64,000 nt of DNA from Chloroflexota bacterium (GTDB lineage: Bacteria; Chloroflexota; UBA11872; UBA12225): the NCBI GenBank assembly GCA_947446285.1, contig CANFGH010000003.1:33537-97536 (forward strand), given 5' to 3'. The notes beneath the pieces were generated by a model, which saw only the letters and a list, made by a program, of their open reading frames with translations, ran no database searches and was not told the DNA's origin. This document shows positions 37,638-47,769 of the stretch, piece after piece. The first letter of the stretch is position 1, and every line of letters begins with the position of its first letter. The position numbers were made by a program, and so were the translations under genes.

Positions 37638-39380
37638 TCAGCGCAAGGACAGCGACAGGAAAAGTGCGACCTCGCCATCCGGGTAGAGGCGGTCGTTGTA
37701 CCCGCAGAACCGGAACCCGACCCGCTGCAGGCAGCGAAGCGCCGGTGTGTTTCGCGCCGAGACATCGGCTAGGATCTCGGTAGCACTCCCCAAAGAGGCC
37801 CACCGGCGGGCCTGTTCGAGTAAGCGCACTGCCAGTCGCTGGCGACGGTGGGTGGAGGCGACCGCAAGAGAGGTCAGATACACGATCTCACCGCCATGCG
37901 GTCGCGTCGCTACGAGGTATCCGGTCACCTGCCCAACCGATGCCGGCATATTGGCAGCGTCTCCCGCCACGGTCTCGATGTCCTCGGCGACCAGCCAGAG
38001 AACTCCCGGGCGCACCATCTTGGGTACTGACTGGCGTGCCGTCAACGCGACCGGCTTGGGCAACTCGATCTGGCGAAGAAGGATCCGGATCTCACGATCT
38101 TCCTGCCGCGTATCTAATTGCCAGACATCCTTGGTGATGTATTTCGTATCAACTTCGCCACACTGGGCGGCATCCGAATCCATGGCCATACGGACCCGAA
38201 CCTCGGTACGACGTTCCCGCCGGTCCACCGGTGCGGTAGGGTGAGCCACCATCGCAGAACCCCGACTGGGCAACGCGGATCTCGCAGCCGAGATCAACGG
38301 AACGTCGCCACGCCAATCACCGGACGTTCCCGCCGTTTCGCCGGCGAATCCGGCGCCACTCCGGTACAAGGCCTGCGCCGAACGCACGTCCCGCGGTGGC
38401 GGCTGCCATGGATCCCTCACCTGACGGACATCGGGCACCTCTTGCGGAGTTACCGAACGGACAGATGCCGCACGGGCAGCACCGGCGATCACCTCGCGCA
38501 CCGTCCGCGACCGCGACCTTCCTGGCTCCGGCGGTGCTTCCGGACGGGATGGCGCTCCGCCACTCGTCGACCGTGCTGGCCTTTCAGGCGCAGGTAATTC
38601 GCGTGTGGGTCGTGGGGTTGGACTTGGCAACACTGTGCGATACCCCAATAGTCGGCGTTCGGTGGTCGGGGAACTGCCCAGGCGCACACCTCGAGGGTCA
38701 CGACTAATGTCGGGCGCGACACCACGATCACGAGGCCGCACGGTTGACGAACCTTGAGGCCCTGGTGGAGGCAGGACCGGACGTCGTACGTCCAACCGCG
38801 CTACTCTAGTCGGCGACTCATCGGTTCGTGCCAAGGGGTGGCGGGTCGTCGGAGGTGCATCAGACAATCCAGGGCGCGCCCCGGAAGCGTGATCCTGTCT
38901 GGTGCGCAACGCCTGGGTCGCATCCAAGCGGCGCTGACCAGGAGTGGATGGCCTTTCAATTGCACGGTCAAGGCCCCCGCGGATGTCGCGTTCGATTTCC
39001 GGAGTGATCGAACGCAATCCGCCCTCGGCATCACGTTCAAGGTCACTCAGGACACGCCGTTCAAGATCACTCAACGTGGCTATCTCGACCGCTTCAGGAG
39101 CCTCGACAGAGCCATCCTCGTACTCGGCATTCGCTCGCGCCGCACGTTCCGCCGGGTGCACACGCTCGTCCACGGCAGTTACGTCCGGAGTACTTGTCCG
39201 CGTACGACGACCGAGGATGATCGAGGTGTCGATCAGAAACGGACCAACGCGCACGCCACCTGGCGGAGGGGCCGGAAACGTCGGTCGCTCGGTCGTCATA
39301 CGATCCTCGTGGACCCAATCCTCGCCGACACTACATGGCACCGTACCTGAGTCATTAGTTACGTAAACGCATTCTGTCAC
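37638..39380 (-). CDS. GNAT-family N-acetyltransferase (RimI-like C-terminal domain) preceded by a long Pro/Arg-rich disordered N-terminal region; start uncertain
   Basis: C-terminal 183 aa from MAMDSD (ATG at 38189) form a GNAT fold (VGQVTGYLVATR...IVYLTSLAVASTHRRQRLAVRLLEQARRWA). The frame stays open for ~400 more codons of low-complexity sequence up to 39380. Confidence 0.45.
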   Translation of the reverse strand: MTECVYVTNDSGTVPCSVGEDWVHEDRMTTERPTFPAPPPGGVRVGPFLIDTSIILGRRTRTSTPDVTAVDERVHPAERAARANAEYEDGSVEAPEAVEIATLSDLERRVLSDLERDAEGGLRSITPEIERDIRGGLDRAIERPSTPGQRRLDATQALRTRQDHASGARPGLSDAPPTTRHPLARTDESPTRVARLDVRRPVLPPPGPQGSSTVRPRDRGVAPDISRDPRGVRLGSSPTTERRLLGYRTVLPSPTPRPTRELPAPERPARSTSGGAPSRPEAPPEPGRSRSRTVREVIAGAARAASVRSVTPQEVPDVRQVRDPWQPPPRDVRSAQALYRSGAGFAGETAGTSGDWRGDVPLISAARSALPSRGSAMVAHPTAPVDRRERRTEVRVRMAMDSDAAQCGEVDTKYITKDVWQLDTRQEDREIRILLRQIELPKPVALTARQSVPKMVRPGVLWLVAEDIETVAGDAANMPASVGQVTGYLVATRPHGGEIVYLTSLAVASTHRRQRLAVRLLEQARRWASLGSATEILADVSARNTPALRCLQRVGFRFCGYNDRLYPDGEVALFLSLSLR

Positions 39381-39491
39381 GTGGCGGCAGTGTGACGGAT
39401 TTTACATAATCCGCACCTTGCGCGCGAGGAGATGGATGCCCGGCACGTGGCAACCGACTACCGGTTGCCACGTGCCGGGATCCGTGACCGG

Positions 39492-40781
39492 TCAGCCCGT
39501 GGTTTCCAGGTCCGAAGCCGGTAGGGACGCCTGCAACAGCGCCTCTTCACCATTGGGCACTGTCATCGGTTCGGTCAACTTGCCATAGATGTACCCGATG
39601 ATGATCCGGAGAGCCGCCGCCGTCGGCACCCCGAGGAACATGCCTAGGACGCCACCAAGCACAGCGCCGGAGAGCACGCTGAACATCGCGACCAGCGCGT
39701 GGATATGCACCGCCCTCCCCATCACGAAGGGGATCACGAAGTAGTCCTCGGCGTGCCGGAGAATGAAGTAGGCCAGACCAACGATCCCGGCACTCACCAG
39801 GGGTGACCAGCCGTGGGGCGACGGTGTCGCCATGGCTACAACGACGGCAGGGATCGCCGCCATCCATGTCCCTACAAACGGGATCAGTTCCAGGATTCCT
39901 GCAATCAATCCAAGGATGAGCGCGTACCGGATGCCAAGTGCGGAAAGCGTCGCCCAGGTTGCAATGGTCATGATCACGATCAGGACCACCTCACCACGAA
40001 GGAACCTTCCAAGAATCCGGTCAATGTCCTTGACAATCGGTGAGAGTTCATCCCGGTACGGTTGCGGTGTGTGATGGCCAACCCACCACTTGAACCGTTC
40101 GGCGCCCATGAGTAGGTAGAACGTGATCACCAGGGTCAGCATCCCCTTGAAGAATGTCTCGACCGTGGCCACCGCGGTATCAAGCAGGCCTCGTGAGACT
40201 GCACTCACCACGGTCCCGACCGACCTCGTCACCTCATCGACAAGCGGCGCAATCGACACGTCATACCCGAGGACCGAGAGGTGCGGATCCTGGTCGATGA
40301 TGTCGCGCGCCCGCGCCACGATCCGGGGCAGCGTGAGCGACAGTTCGCGCGCCTCTTTGGACACCACCGGCACCAGGACGATGACGCCCCACGTGATCAA
40401 TCCGGCGACGGCCAGATAGACCACCGCCACTGATCCCGCCCTCGGCAACCGCGTGTATCGCGATGTCAACCGGACCAATGGATGGATCAGGTACGAGAGG
40501 ATCGCACCGATCACGAACGGTGCCAGCACACTCCGCACGGTCCAGAGAAGCAGCACTGACAGGGCGATCAGCACCCAGAAGACGGTACCCCGTGTCCGCG
40601 CGTTCCAGTTCCACACCCTCGTGAAGCGCGTCCCTGATGCATACACCCGATCAGGAAGTGACGATGCCCCAGAGTATCCTAATTCGGTCACATGATCGGG
40701 TTCACGACGCTGAACCGGTTCACCGGACTTGGTTCCAGACATCAGCGTCCCGGCCCTTCCGACCGCACCCACTGGTTGCAA
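39492..40781 (-). CDS. AI-2E family transporter (PerM/YdiK/TqsA-like membrane protein)
   Basis: 8 TM helices with a typical AI-2E family topology and size. Confidence 0.7.
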   Translation of the reverse strand: MQPVGAVGRAGTLMSGTKSGEPVQRREPDHVTELGYSGASSLPDRVYASGTRFTRVWNWNARTRGTVFWVLIALSVLLLWTVRSVLAPFVIGAILSYLIHPLVRLTSRYTRLPRAGSVAVVYLAVAGLITWGVIVLVPVVSKEARELSLTLPRIVARARDIIDQDPHLSVLGYDVSIAPLVDEVTRSVGTVVSAVSRGLLDTAVATVETFFKGMLTLVITFYLLMGAERFKWWVGHHTPQPYRDELSPIVKDIDRILGRFLRGEVVLIVIMTIATWATLSALGIRYALILGLIAGILELIPFVGTWMAAIPAVVVAMATPSPHGWSPLVSAGIVGLAYFILRHAEDYFVIPFVMGRAVHIHALVAMFSVLSGAVLGGVLGMFLGVPTAAALRIIIGYIYGKLTEPMTVPNGEEALLQASLPASDLETTG

Positions 40782-40820
40782 ACGCCTCGTACACGGTCGT
40801 CCAAGACCGTGGAATGTCGA

Positions 40821-41537
40821 TCACACCGACCGGGCACGCGTTGACCGCCCAATCCCACCACGTCGTCGCCTGCGCGATCCATCATCTCCACCAGATCCAC
40901 CAGAGCCTTCATCATCGCTTGCCGCAATGGCTTGTTCCTCTGGCATAGCGATCGGCAATCCCCGAGGTGCAGTCCCGTCCGCCTCGGCGACACGCGCCAT
41001 GTCAGCAAGGCGTGTGATATCTGCCGGACGTTCGGCGACAAACTCCGGCGGTGTCGGCCGGAATTCGAACGGCGTATCCGGAGTGGGAACCCGTGTCGTC
41101 GCCGATCGCATGCGTCGCACGGCCGGACGTGCCGGTGGCGTTGCGGTGGCGGGGTCCTGCAGGTCCCCAACACTGACAGGCACTGATGCCGCGACAGTCG
41201 GCGTCGGACGCGGACGCGAGGGTGTTCGCATGACCGGCCGCGTACCGTCATCATTGCGACCGCGTGTCAGGACGCGCACCGGCGAAAGGCCCTGGACCAC
41301 CATGACCCGCACATCCTGATTGCAGTCGAAGACAATCCGCCCTTCCTGCCAGAGTTGGCCAACCATCGCAGCCGCCTCCGGCGGGAGACCGATGTAGTAG
41401 GTTCCCTCGGTGGTGGTCATCGGTGCAACGTCCTCGGTGGGGAGGTTGAACATCCGTCGCAGGTCACTGATGGGCACGTAGAGACGACTCTGCACCACCC
41501 CCCAGATGTTTCCCTTGGTAACCCGCTTCGTGATCAT
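40821..41537 (-). CDS. Hypothetical protein: ~90-aa N-terminal globular domain + Pro/Arg-rich disordered tail
   Basis: ORF only. The N-terminal 90 aa look globular (MITKRVTKGNIWGVVQSRLYVPISDLRRMFNL...). No motif recognised. Confidence 0.4.
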   Translation of the reverse strand: MITKRVTKGNIWGVVQSRLYVPISDLRRMFNLPTEDVAPMTTTEGTYYIGLPPEAAAMVGQLWQEGRIVFDCNQDVRVMVVQGLSPVRVLTRGRNDDGTRPVMRTPSRPRPTPTVAASVPVSVGDLQDPATATPPARPAVRRMRSATTRVPTPDTPFEFRPTPPEFVAERPADITRLADMARVAEADGTAPRGLPIAMPEEQAIAASDDEGSGGSGGDDGSRRRRRGGIGRSTRARSV

Positions 41538-41599
41538 GGCCAGCGCATTCCTTGCCCCAACGGCAGGGGCATCACCCCACCGTCGCGCGTCTGTCCGGA

Positions 41600-43393
41600 T
41601 TAGGTTCGCAAGTCGCGCCCCATCCGGGCCGCCGAAATGGCGTCGTCCGGATCGCCCAGCAGGAAGTCGAAGTCACATCCATCCGGCGCCTGCATGACAT
41701 GCTCCACAAATAGTTTCCCGTATCCACGCCGGAATGGAGCAGGCGCAACCACCCGTTCGGCAAGTCGTCTCGCAATTTCGGCCGGTTCGACCATCAGGTC
41801 CAACCTCCTCGCCTCGACATCAAGCTCGATGATGTCACCGGTCCGCACCGCCGCAAGCGGCCCGCCAACCGCACTCTCCGGGGCGACGTGAAGGATGATC
41901 GTGCCGAAGGCAGTCCCACTCATCCTCGCGTCCGAGATACGAACCATGTCGCGTACCCCCTGCCTCAGCAGTTTGCGCGGGATGGGTAGGTTGCCGATCT
42001 CAGGCATCCCCGGGGCGCCAACCGGCCCGGCATTCTGCAACACCAGAATGTCATCTGGAGTGACGTCAAGGTCAAGGTCGTCGGCTGCCGCCTGCAGTTC
42101 CTCCGGGGACGAGAACACCAGTGCCCGTCCACGGTGCTTCTGAAGGTGCGCCGACGCCGCGACCGTCTTGATGACTGCACCGTCAGGCGCGAGGGTCCCC
42201 CGCACAATCGCCAATCCACCCTCGGCGTCAAGAGGTTCCTCACGCGATGAGATCACTTCACGCACCCGTCGCTGCGACGCTGCCTCCCGGTTGCCAACCG
42301 GTTCCACCATCGACAGGTTCTCGCTGACCGTCAAGCCTGTCACCGTCAAGGCATCGCCGTGCAGCAAACCCTCCAGCTCCTTCATGAGAACTGGCACGCC
42401 TCCTGCCTCGAAGAACTGCTCCATCTGATAGCGTCCGGATGGGCGCAGGTTCGCCAGCCACGGGGTCGTGCGCGACAGCGAATCAAACAGGTCGAGTGGC
42501 AACTTGATCCCAAGGCGTCCGGCAATCGCCGGCAAGTGCACGACGGCGTTGGTGGACCCACCAAGGGCATGGAGAACCCGGATCGCGTTCTCGAACGCGG
42601 CCGGCGTCATGATCTGCGACGGTCGGATCCCTTCCCTGGCCAGGCGGACCGCTTGTCGCCCCGAGGCCGCTGCAAAACGCAACCGACGGCTATCCGGGGC
42701 CGGGATCGACGCACCGCCAGGCAGCATCATCCCCAAGGCCTCGGCACACGCTGCCATGGTCGATGCCGTTCCCATCACCATGCAGTGACCCTCGGAACGG
42801 GCCAGGTTGTCCTCCAGTTGGGACATCGTCTCCTTGGTCACGGTCCCGGCGCGGTATTCCGTCCAGTAGCGCCGACAGTCGGTGCACGCACCTAGGTCCT
42901 GACCTTCGTACCGGCCGTTGAGCATCGGTCCGCTGGTCACCATGATCGCCGGCACGTCGGCGGATGCCGCCCCCATGAGTTGGGCAGGTGTCGTCTTGTC
43001 GCATCCGGCTAGGAGCACCACGCCATCCAGCGGCTGTCCCCGGATCATCTCCTCGGTATCCATTGCTGCCAGATTGCGGAAGAACATCGAGGTCGGACTG
43101 ACGAAAACCTCGCCGATCGAGATAGTTGGGAACTCCAGAGGAAGGCCACCCTCCTGCAGCACGCCACGCTTCACCGCTTCGGCCAACGCGCGCAAGTTGT
43201 GATTGCAGTGGTTCAGTTCGCTGAAGGTATTGCAAATCCCGATGACCGGTCTCTTGAGGTCATCGTCGTCATATCCCATCGCCTTGGTGAAGGCACGATG
43301 GATGAAACTGGCGACATCCGGGGTTTCGAACCACTTTTCGCCACGGCGTAGTGCGCCCGGCTGGCTGGGGGTAGATGCAGTCGGAATGGTCAT
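41600..43393 (-). CDS. ilvD: Dihydroxy-acid dehydratase (IlvD/EDD family)
   Basis: Fe-S cluster CDKTTP motif (GCDKTTPAQLMGAAS) and a SGTAFGT region. ~597 aa. Confidence 0.9.
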   Translation of the reverse strand: MTIPTASTPSQPGALRRGEKWFETPDVASFIHRAFTKAMGYDDDDLKRPVIGICNTFSELNHCNHNLRALAEAVKRGVLQEGGLPLEFPTISIGEVFVSPTSMFFRNLAAMDTEEMIRGQPLDGVVLLAGCDKTTPAQLMGAASADVPAIMVTSGPMLNGRYEGQDLGACTDCRRYWTEYRAGTVTKETMSQLEDNLARSEGHCMVMGTASTMAACAEALGMMLPGGASIPAPDSRRLRFAAASGRQAVRLAREGIRPSQIMTPAAFENAIRVLHALGGSTNAVVHLPAIAGRLGIKLPLDLFDSLSRTTPWLANLRPSGRYQMEQFFEAGGVPVLMKELEGLLHGDALTVTGLTVSENLSMVEPVGNREAASQRRVREVISSREEPLDAEGGLAIVRGTLAPDGAVIKTVAASAHLQKHRGRALVFSSPEELQAAADDLDLDVTPDDILVLQNAGPVGAPGMPEIGNLPIPRKLLRQGVRDMVRISDARMSGTAFGTIILHVAPESAVGGPLAAVRTGDIIELDVEARRLDLMVEPAEIARRLAERVVAPAPFRRGYGKLFVEHVMQAPDGCDFDFLLGDPDDAISAARMGRDLRT

Positions 43394-43573
43394 GGTGACT
43401 GCATCGTACCCCGCGCGACAGCGAAGCGTAGATAACTCAAGCCGTCGGATGGTGTGGCGGAGTAACGCCGGCCATGCCCCGGTGTGGGCCGCCGTTCAAT
43501 CAGGTTCAGTCGACCGAGGCCAGCGAAGCGAATCTCAATCAGGTGGGGTGGGTACCGAACCCGAACCCGTCCA

Positions 43574-44326
43574 CTAGTCCGGCGCGACTGGATCCTGCCC
43601 GCGCGCCACCAGGACACCCCCGGTCACTGCCATGATCCGCTCCGCCTCATCGGGATACGACGCAAAGCCATCGGGTGACCCAGGTGCGGGCTGCCGGGGA
43701 TGGACAAAGCGGTGCCCGGGCAATACGGTGAACTCGTCCAGATGTTCGCCTGACCCTCGTGGCCAGTTCTCGTGCTTCACGGTCACCGTGCCGTCGCGTG
43801 CGACAACCTCCACGACGCCGACGTGACCTGCCCACGTGGCACCGCCATACCGAGGCGCCCAGATCATGAGCGATCCAATGGTCGGTACACCGTCAACAGT
43901 GAAGTCGGATGCCTCAAAGGCCTCATCCAACCAACCTGCCCGCGCGACGGGCGCGTAGACCTCCTGAAACCTCGACCAGTACGCATCCCGTCCAAGGACA
44001 TTGATGCAGTTCGTGGATGCAGCCTCGCTAGTGGCCGGAAGGACTAGGCCAAGCAACGTCGCAGTGATTCCTATCGCGAGCGAGACCGCCCGGACGGTTT
44101 GGAGTCCGCTTCCTAAAAGCGCACGTACACCAGTAATGGTGATGGGTTGGTCCAAGAAACGCGTCCTGCCATCAGGGGTGATGGGGGGCGTCAAGCGCAG
44201 CGTCTTGCTATCGGGGGTGAAGGGAGGTGTGGATAGCCTCGTCGCTCCGGTGGACGCACTTTGGACAGATCGTAGATTCGCCATGCAGGGTGTGCCTCCT
44301 TTCGGCACGACCTGACCGTTCTCCAT
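43574..44326 (-). CDS. Secreted CHAP-domain peptidoglycan amidase/peptidase with N-terminal 13-aa tandem repeats
   Basis: Cys (STNCINVLGRDAYW) and His (GHVGVVE) of the CHAP catalytic dyad. Hydrophobic signal-like segment. Repeats TPPFTPDSKTLRL / TPPITPDGRTRFL. Confidence 0.6.
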   Translation of the reverse strand: MENGQVVPKGGTPCMANLRSVQSASTGATRLSTPPFTPDSKTLRLTPPITPDGRTRFLDQPITITGVRALLGSGLQTVRAVSLAIGITATLLGLVLPATSEAASTNCINVLGRDAYWSRFQEVYAPVARAGWLDEAFEASDFTVDGVPTIGSLMIWAPRYGGATWAGHVGVVEVVARDGTVTVKHENWPRGSGEHLDEFTVLPGHRFVHPRQPAPGSPDGFASYPDEAERIMAVTGGVLVARGQDPVAPD

Positions 44327-45187
44327 CCCGCCTGCCCCGGTCGGGACAGTTCATTGCCCATAATTCGTGTCACGGCGTCGCCGCGAGCGAATTTGCAAGG
44401 GATCACACCTCATTACGGAGTGTTGAAGAACGCAAGAGAACCTGAAACCCCCGGGTCACGACCGCACGCCGACGTCTTGCATCGGTGCCGGTTCAGGACC
44501 GCCAGGGTGCTGTTCCCCCCACGCCGTCCACCTTTGCGACTGCAGTCGTACGGGTTCGGCTGAGAGGTCGTCATCCGATCATTCCGGCGGGTTCCGCCCG
44601 GACCGGTAGCTACGGAGGCGACAGCGGTTCACGTCCTCAATCTGGTCACGCCTCACGGTTCCGATGCGTACGGACGGCAAGGATGGCGCACGGCAGGCAG
44701 CAGCGCGTCGCCGGCCTTCCCGATGCAGGTCATCGGACCGGGATTGCCGGACGCCAGATGAGCGTCCAAGGCGATGCGGATGCAGTCTTCAACTACGCGG
44801 GCCGTCCAAACCAACCTGCCACCGCCGGGCCTCCATCATCCGCTTCGGGCCGCAGGTCAACCGGATACCGCCAGTCCCACCATGTGTTTTCCCGGGCATC
44901 AGCGCGGAAACGACTTAGGGGCGAACCCCCGCGCAACCAACCGGGCAGCACGCCATTCGGCCGGTCAGGTGCCTCCATGGCACCCGTATGCACGCCCGCC
45001 AACCCAGTCATGCCGATTCGGCACGGACATCGCTGAACGGGAAAACCGCCTACGCCATCCACCCGAGGAGTGGAACCACATCCACAGTATCCCGTACCGA
45101 CCTGAAAGCGCAAGGGCGCTGTTGTGCGTGATCTGCTAAGTGCCAACCGCCCCCAAGCGCGTCCCCAGGCATATTCGGGTCCTCCGG

Positions 45188-46801
45188 TTACCCGGCAAAC
45201 CCGGGGCCACGTACGAACCGCCCGGGAAGCGCACCGGTCACGGTCCCCGCGCGAACGACGGGCACCCCATTGACAACCACATGGGTCACCCCGGTCGCCA
45301 GCGTGTGCGGACGGGCATACGTCGCGTGGTCCGTCACGGTCTCCGGGTCAAACACCACCACATCCGCGAAGTATCCTGCGCGCAGCAACCCCCGGTCATT
45401 CAAGCGCAAGTTGTGCGCCGGCAGCGACGTCAGTCGACGGATGGCATCCGGCAAGGTCAATGCCTTCGCGTCACGCACGAAGTGCCCGAGCACCCGCGCA
45501 AACGTGCCATACGCCCGTGGATGAAGGTGACGATTCCGGTACGGGCCGTCAGGCGACACACTCGGCGAATCCGATCCGAAACTGACCCACGGCAGCGACA
45601 TCTGCCGTCGCACGTTTGCCGGATCCATCATGAAGTAGATCGTTCCGACCCGCGTGTCGTCCTCAATCACCAGGTCAACCGCAACGTCAGCGGGCGACTT
45701 TCCCCGTTCACGCGCCACATCTGCCAAGGTCCGTCCGGAATAGTGCGCCAACGCGGGATTCTGGAACGAACTCAGCAACATTCCACCGGGTCCGGACTCG
45801 TGGAAGAGGTTCTCCCAGTCCATCGCGGGGCTTTCCATCTCCGCGATCACGCGCGCACGAATGGCCGGATCCATGAGGCGGGTAACCCATTCGCGGTGGC
45901 CACCCTCCTGCACCCACGGAGGCATCGCGGCATCAAGGCCGGTCGCACCCGCCTCGTACGTGTACATGTCAGCCGTAATCTCCAGACCCGAGGCTTGCGC
46001 ATCCTCGATCATCCGGATTGCCTGGTCCAGCTTGCCCCAGTGTGACCGGCCCGCCGCCTTCAGGTGATAGACCTCGGCCCGCACATTTCCATCACGGGAA
46101 ATCGCCAGATGTTCACCAAGCGCCTCAAGGAAGCGCGCACCCTCACTCCGCAGATGTGCGATGTACAGGCCACCGTGACGGCCCGCCACCCGCGCAAGCC
46201 CGGTCAATTCCTCAGTTGCGGCATAACACGCCGGGGCGTAGATGAGCGACGCCCCGACGCCCATCGCACCCTCGCGCATCGCCTGGTCAACCAGCGCCTC
46301 CATGCGCGACTGTTCGTCAGGCGTCGGAGGCCGGTCCACGTACCCAAGCACGTTGATCCGTACGGTCGTCGCACCAACGAACGATGCAACATTCGGGGCA
46401 ACACCCTTCGCCTCCAGATAAGCGAGGTACTCGCCGAGCGTTCGCCAACCAACCTCGTACCGGACCTCTTCCTGACGTGACGCCATCTCGGACGCCATGC
46501 CATCGGTCAGGGGGCCCATCGACCACCCCTCACCAAAAACCTCCAGCGTCACACCCTGCATCAGGTCCGAGACCGAACGGCCATCGTCGATGAGCGACTC
46601 GGTCGCCCATGACAGCATGTTGATGAACCCGGGCGAAACAACCTGCCCACGGGCATCGATCACATCGCGGGCCGTCGCATCGCCGAGGTCACCAACCGCG
46701 GCAATCCGGTCACCAGCGACCGCGACGTCACCGATGAACCCCGGTGCCCCACTTCCGTCGAGGATCAACCCGCCGCGCAGAATCAGGTCATAGTCGGGCA
46801 T
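45188..46801 (-). CDS. N-acyl-D-amino-acid deacylase (D-aminoacylase) family amidohydrolase
   Basis: YDLILRGGLILDGSG...VSPGFINMLSW (metal-binding HxH equivalent region), then a TIM-barrel amidohydrolase domain. Confidence 0.8.
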   Translation of the reverse strand: MPDYDLILRGGLILDGSGAPGFIGDVAVAGDRIAAVGDLGDATARDVIDARGQVVSPGFINMLSWATESLIDDGRSVSDLMQGVTLEVFGEGWSMGPLTDGMASEMASRQEEVRYEVGWRTLGEYLAYLEAKGVAPNVASFVGATTVRINVLGYVDRPPTPDEQSRMEALVDQAMREGAMGVGASLIYAPACYAATEELTGLARVAGRHGGLYIAHLRSEGARFLEALGEHLAISRDGNVRAEVYHLKAAGRSHWGKLDQAIRMIEDAQASGLEITADMYTYEAGATGLDAAMPPWVQEGGHREWVTRLMDPAIRARVIAEMESPAMDWENLFHESGPGGMLLSSFQNPALAHYSGRTLADVARERGKSPADVAVDLVIEDDTRVGTIYFMMDPANVRRQMSLPWVSFGSDSPSVSPDGPYRNRHLHPRAYGTFARVLGHFVRDAKALTLPDAIRRLTSLPAHNLRLNDRGLLRAGYFADVVVFDPETVTDHATYARPHTLATGVTHVVVNGVPVVRAGTVTGALPGRFVRGPGFAG

Positions 46802-46971
46802 GGCCACTCCTCTCACCTGGTGATGATCGCCAACCGCGGCGCAAGCCTTGGGGGTGGGGGTCTCTCCCATCGCCATCACGGTTCACCCCGCGTCGCACAA
46901 AAAGGTCACGATCGGGCGCACGCGGACCATACCTCCGGCCGGGCGGGGCCGATTCTCTCTTCTAGTCCTGG

Positions 46972-47769
46972 TCAGATGCCCAGGCGGATGGCCGGACGGC
47001 GCCAATGCCCCTCGAACCGGTCCTGTGGATGCCAACCAAGCAACCGTTTGGCTTTCTCGGATCCGAAGCGTCCGTGAGGCAGGTCCCCAGTGATGATGAA
47101 CGGTTCATACGCGCTCGGCATCGGTGGCGCCTCAACCGCCGCCTGGAACGCCCGTCCGGTGTCGGCCCACGAAACCAGGAATGGCGACGCACCCTTCATG
47201 CGTTCAGGGGCATCACCCGGCTGGAAGACGTGAAAGTAGAGGGCCACAACATCAAGTCCGTGGACCTCCGCAAAACTGCGCACCACGTCCTGACCAAGGT
47301 ACTTCGTGATCAGATAGAGGTTCGTGCCGGGTCGTGGCGGTGCCTCGGCCGTGATGTCAAAGTCGTGCCAGTAGTGGTCAATGATGACTTCCGGACCGGT
47401 ATGCACCACCCGACGGATCCCATGGGCAACCGCCGCATTCATCACGTGGTACGCACCAACAAGGTTGACCCGGAACGCCATCACCGGGTCCGGGCGCACA
47501 ACTGTCAAGTTGACGATTGCATCCATGCCCTCGGCCGCATCGCGAACCTGATCCGGATTGGTCACATCAACCTGGCGGAACTCGTGGTCGCGCCGTGCGG
47601 GACGAGACGGCCACCACCGCGACGCATTCCCGGTTGCGTCGCCCTTCAGCGAAGGGTGTGGCTCGGACGAGGGACGGATGTCACACAAGCGCAGCGAATG
47701 CCGGACCTCAAGCGCCGCAATCGCCGCCTCGGCCACCGGGCCGCCCGCGCCGTACACCACGATTTTCAT
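46972..47769 (-). CDS. NAD-dependent epimerase/dehydratase family protein
   Basis: N-terminal Rossmann MKIVVYGAGGPVA and a short-form SDR-like fold. Confidence 0.7.
   Translation of the reverse strand: MKIVVYGAGGPVAEAAIAALEVRHSLRLCDIRPSSEPHPSLKGDATGNASRWWPSRPARRDHEFRQVDVTNPDQVRDAAEGMDAIVNLTVVRPDPVMAFRVNLVGAYHVMNAAVAHGIRRVVHTGPEVIIDHYWHDFDITAEAPPRPGTNLYLITKYLGQDVVRSFAEVHGLDVVALYFHVFQPGDAPERMKGASPFLVSWADTGRAFQAAVEAPPMPSAYEPFIITGDLPHGRFGSEKAKRLLGWHPQDRFEGHWRRPAIRLGI

Noticed and set aside
38754-39350. 198-aa plus-strand ORF (and the overlapping 38944-39366 ORF)
   Set aside because: Highly Arg-rich, with no hydrophobic periodicity. Most likely antisense to the long GNAT-containing frame. Not reported as a gene.
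45140-46045. 301-aa plus-strand ORF
   Set aside because: It lies entirely antisense to the D-aminoacylase gene. It is extremely Arg/His-rich (RRQRRQSTDGIRQ...), with no motif.
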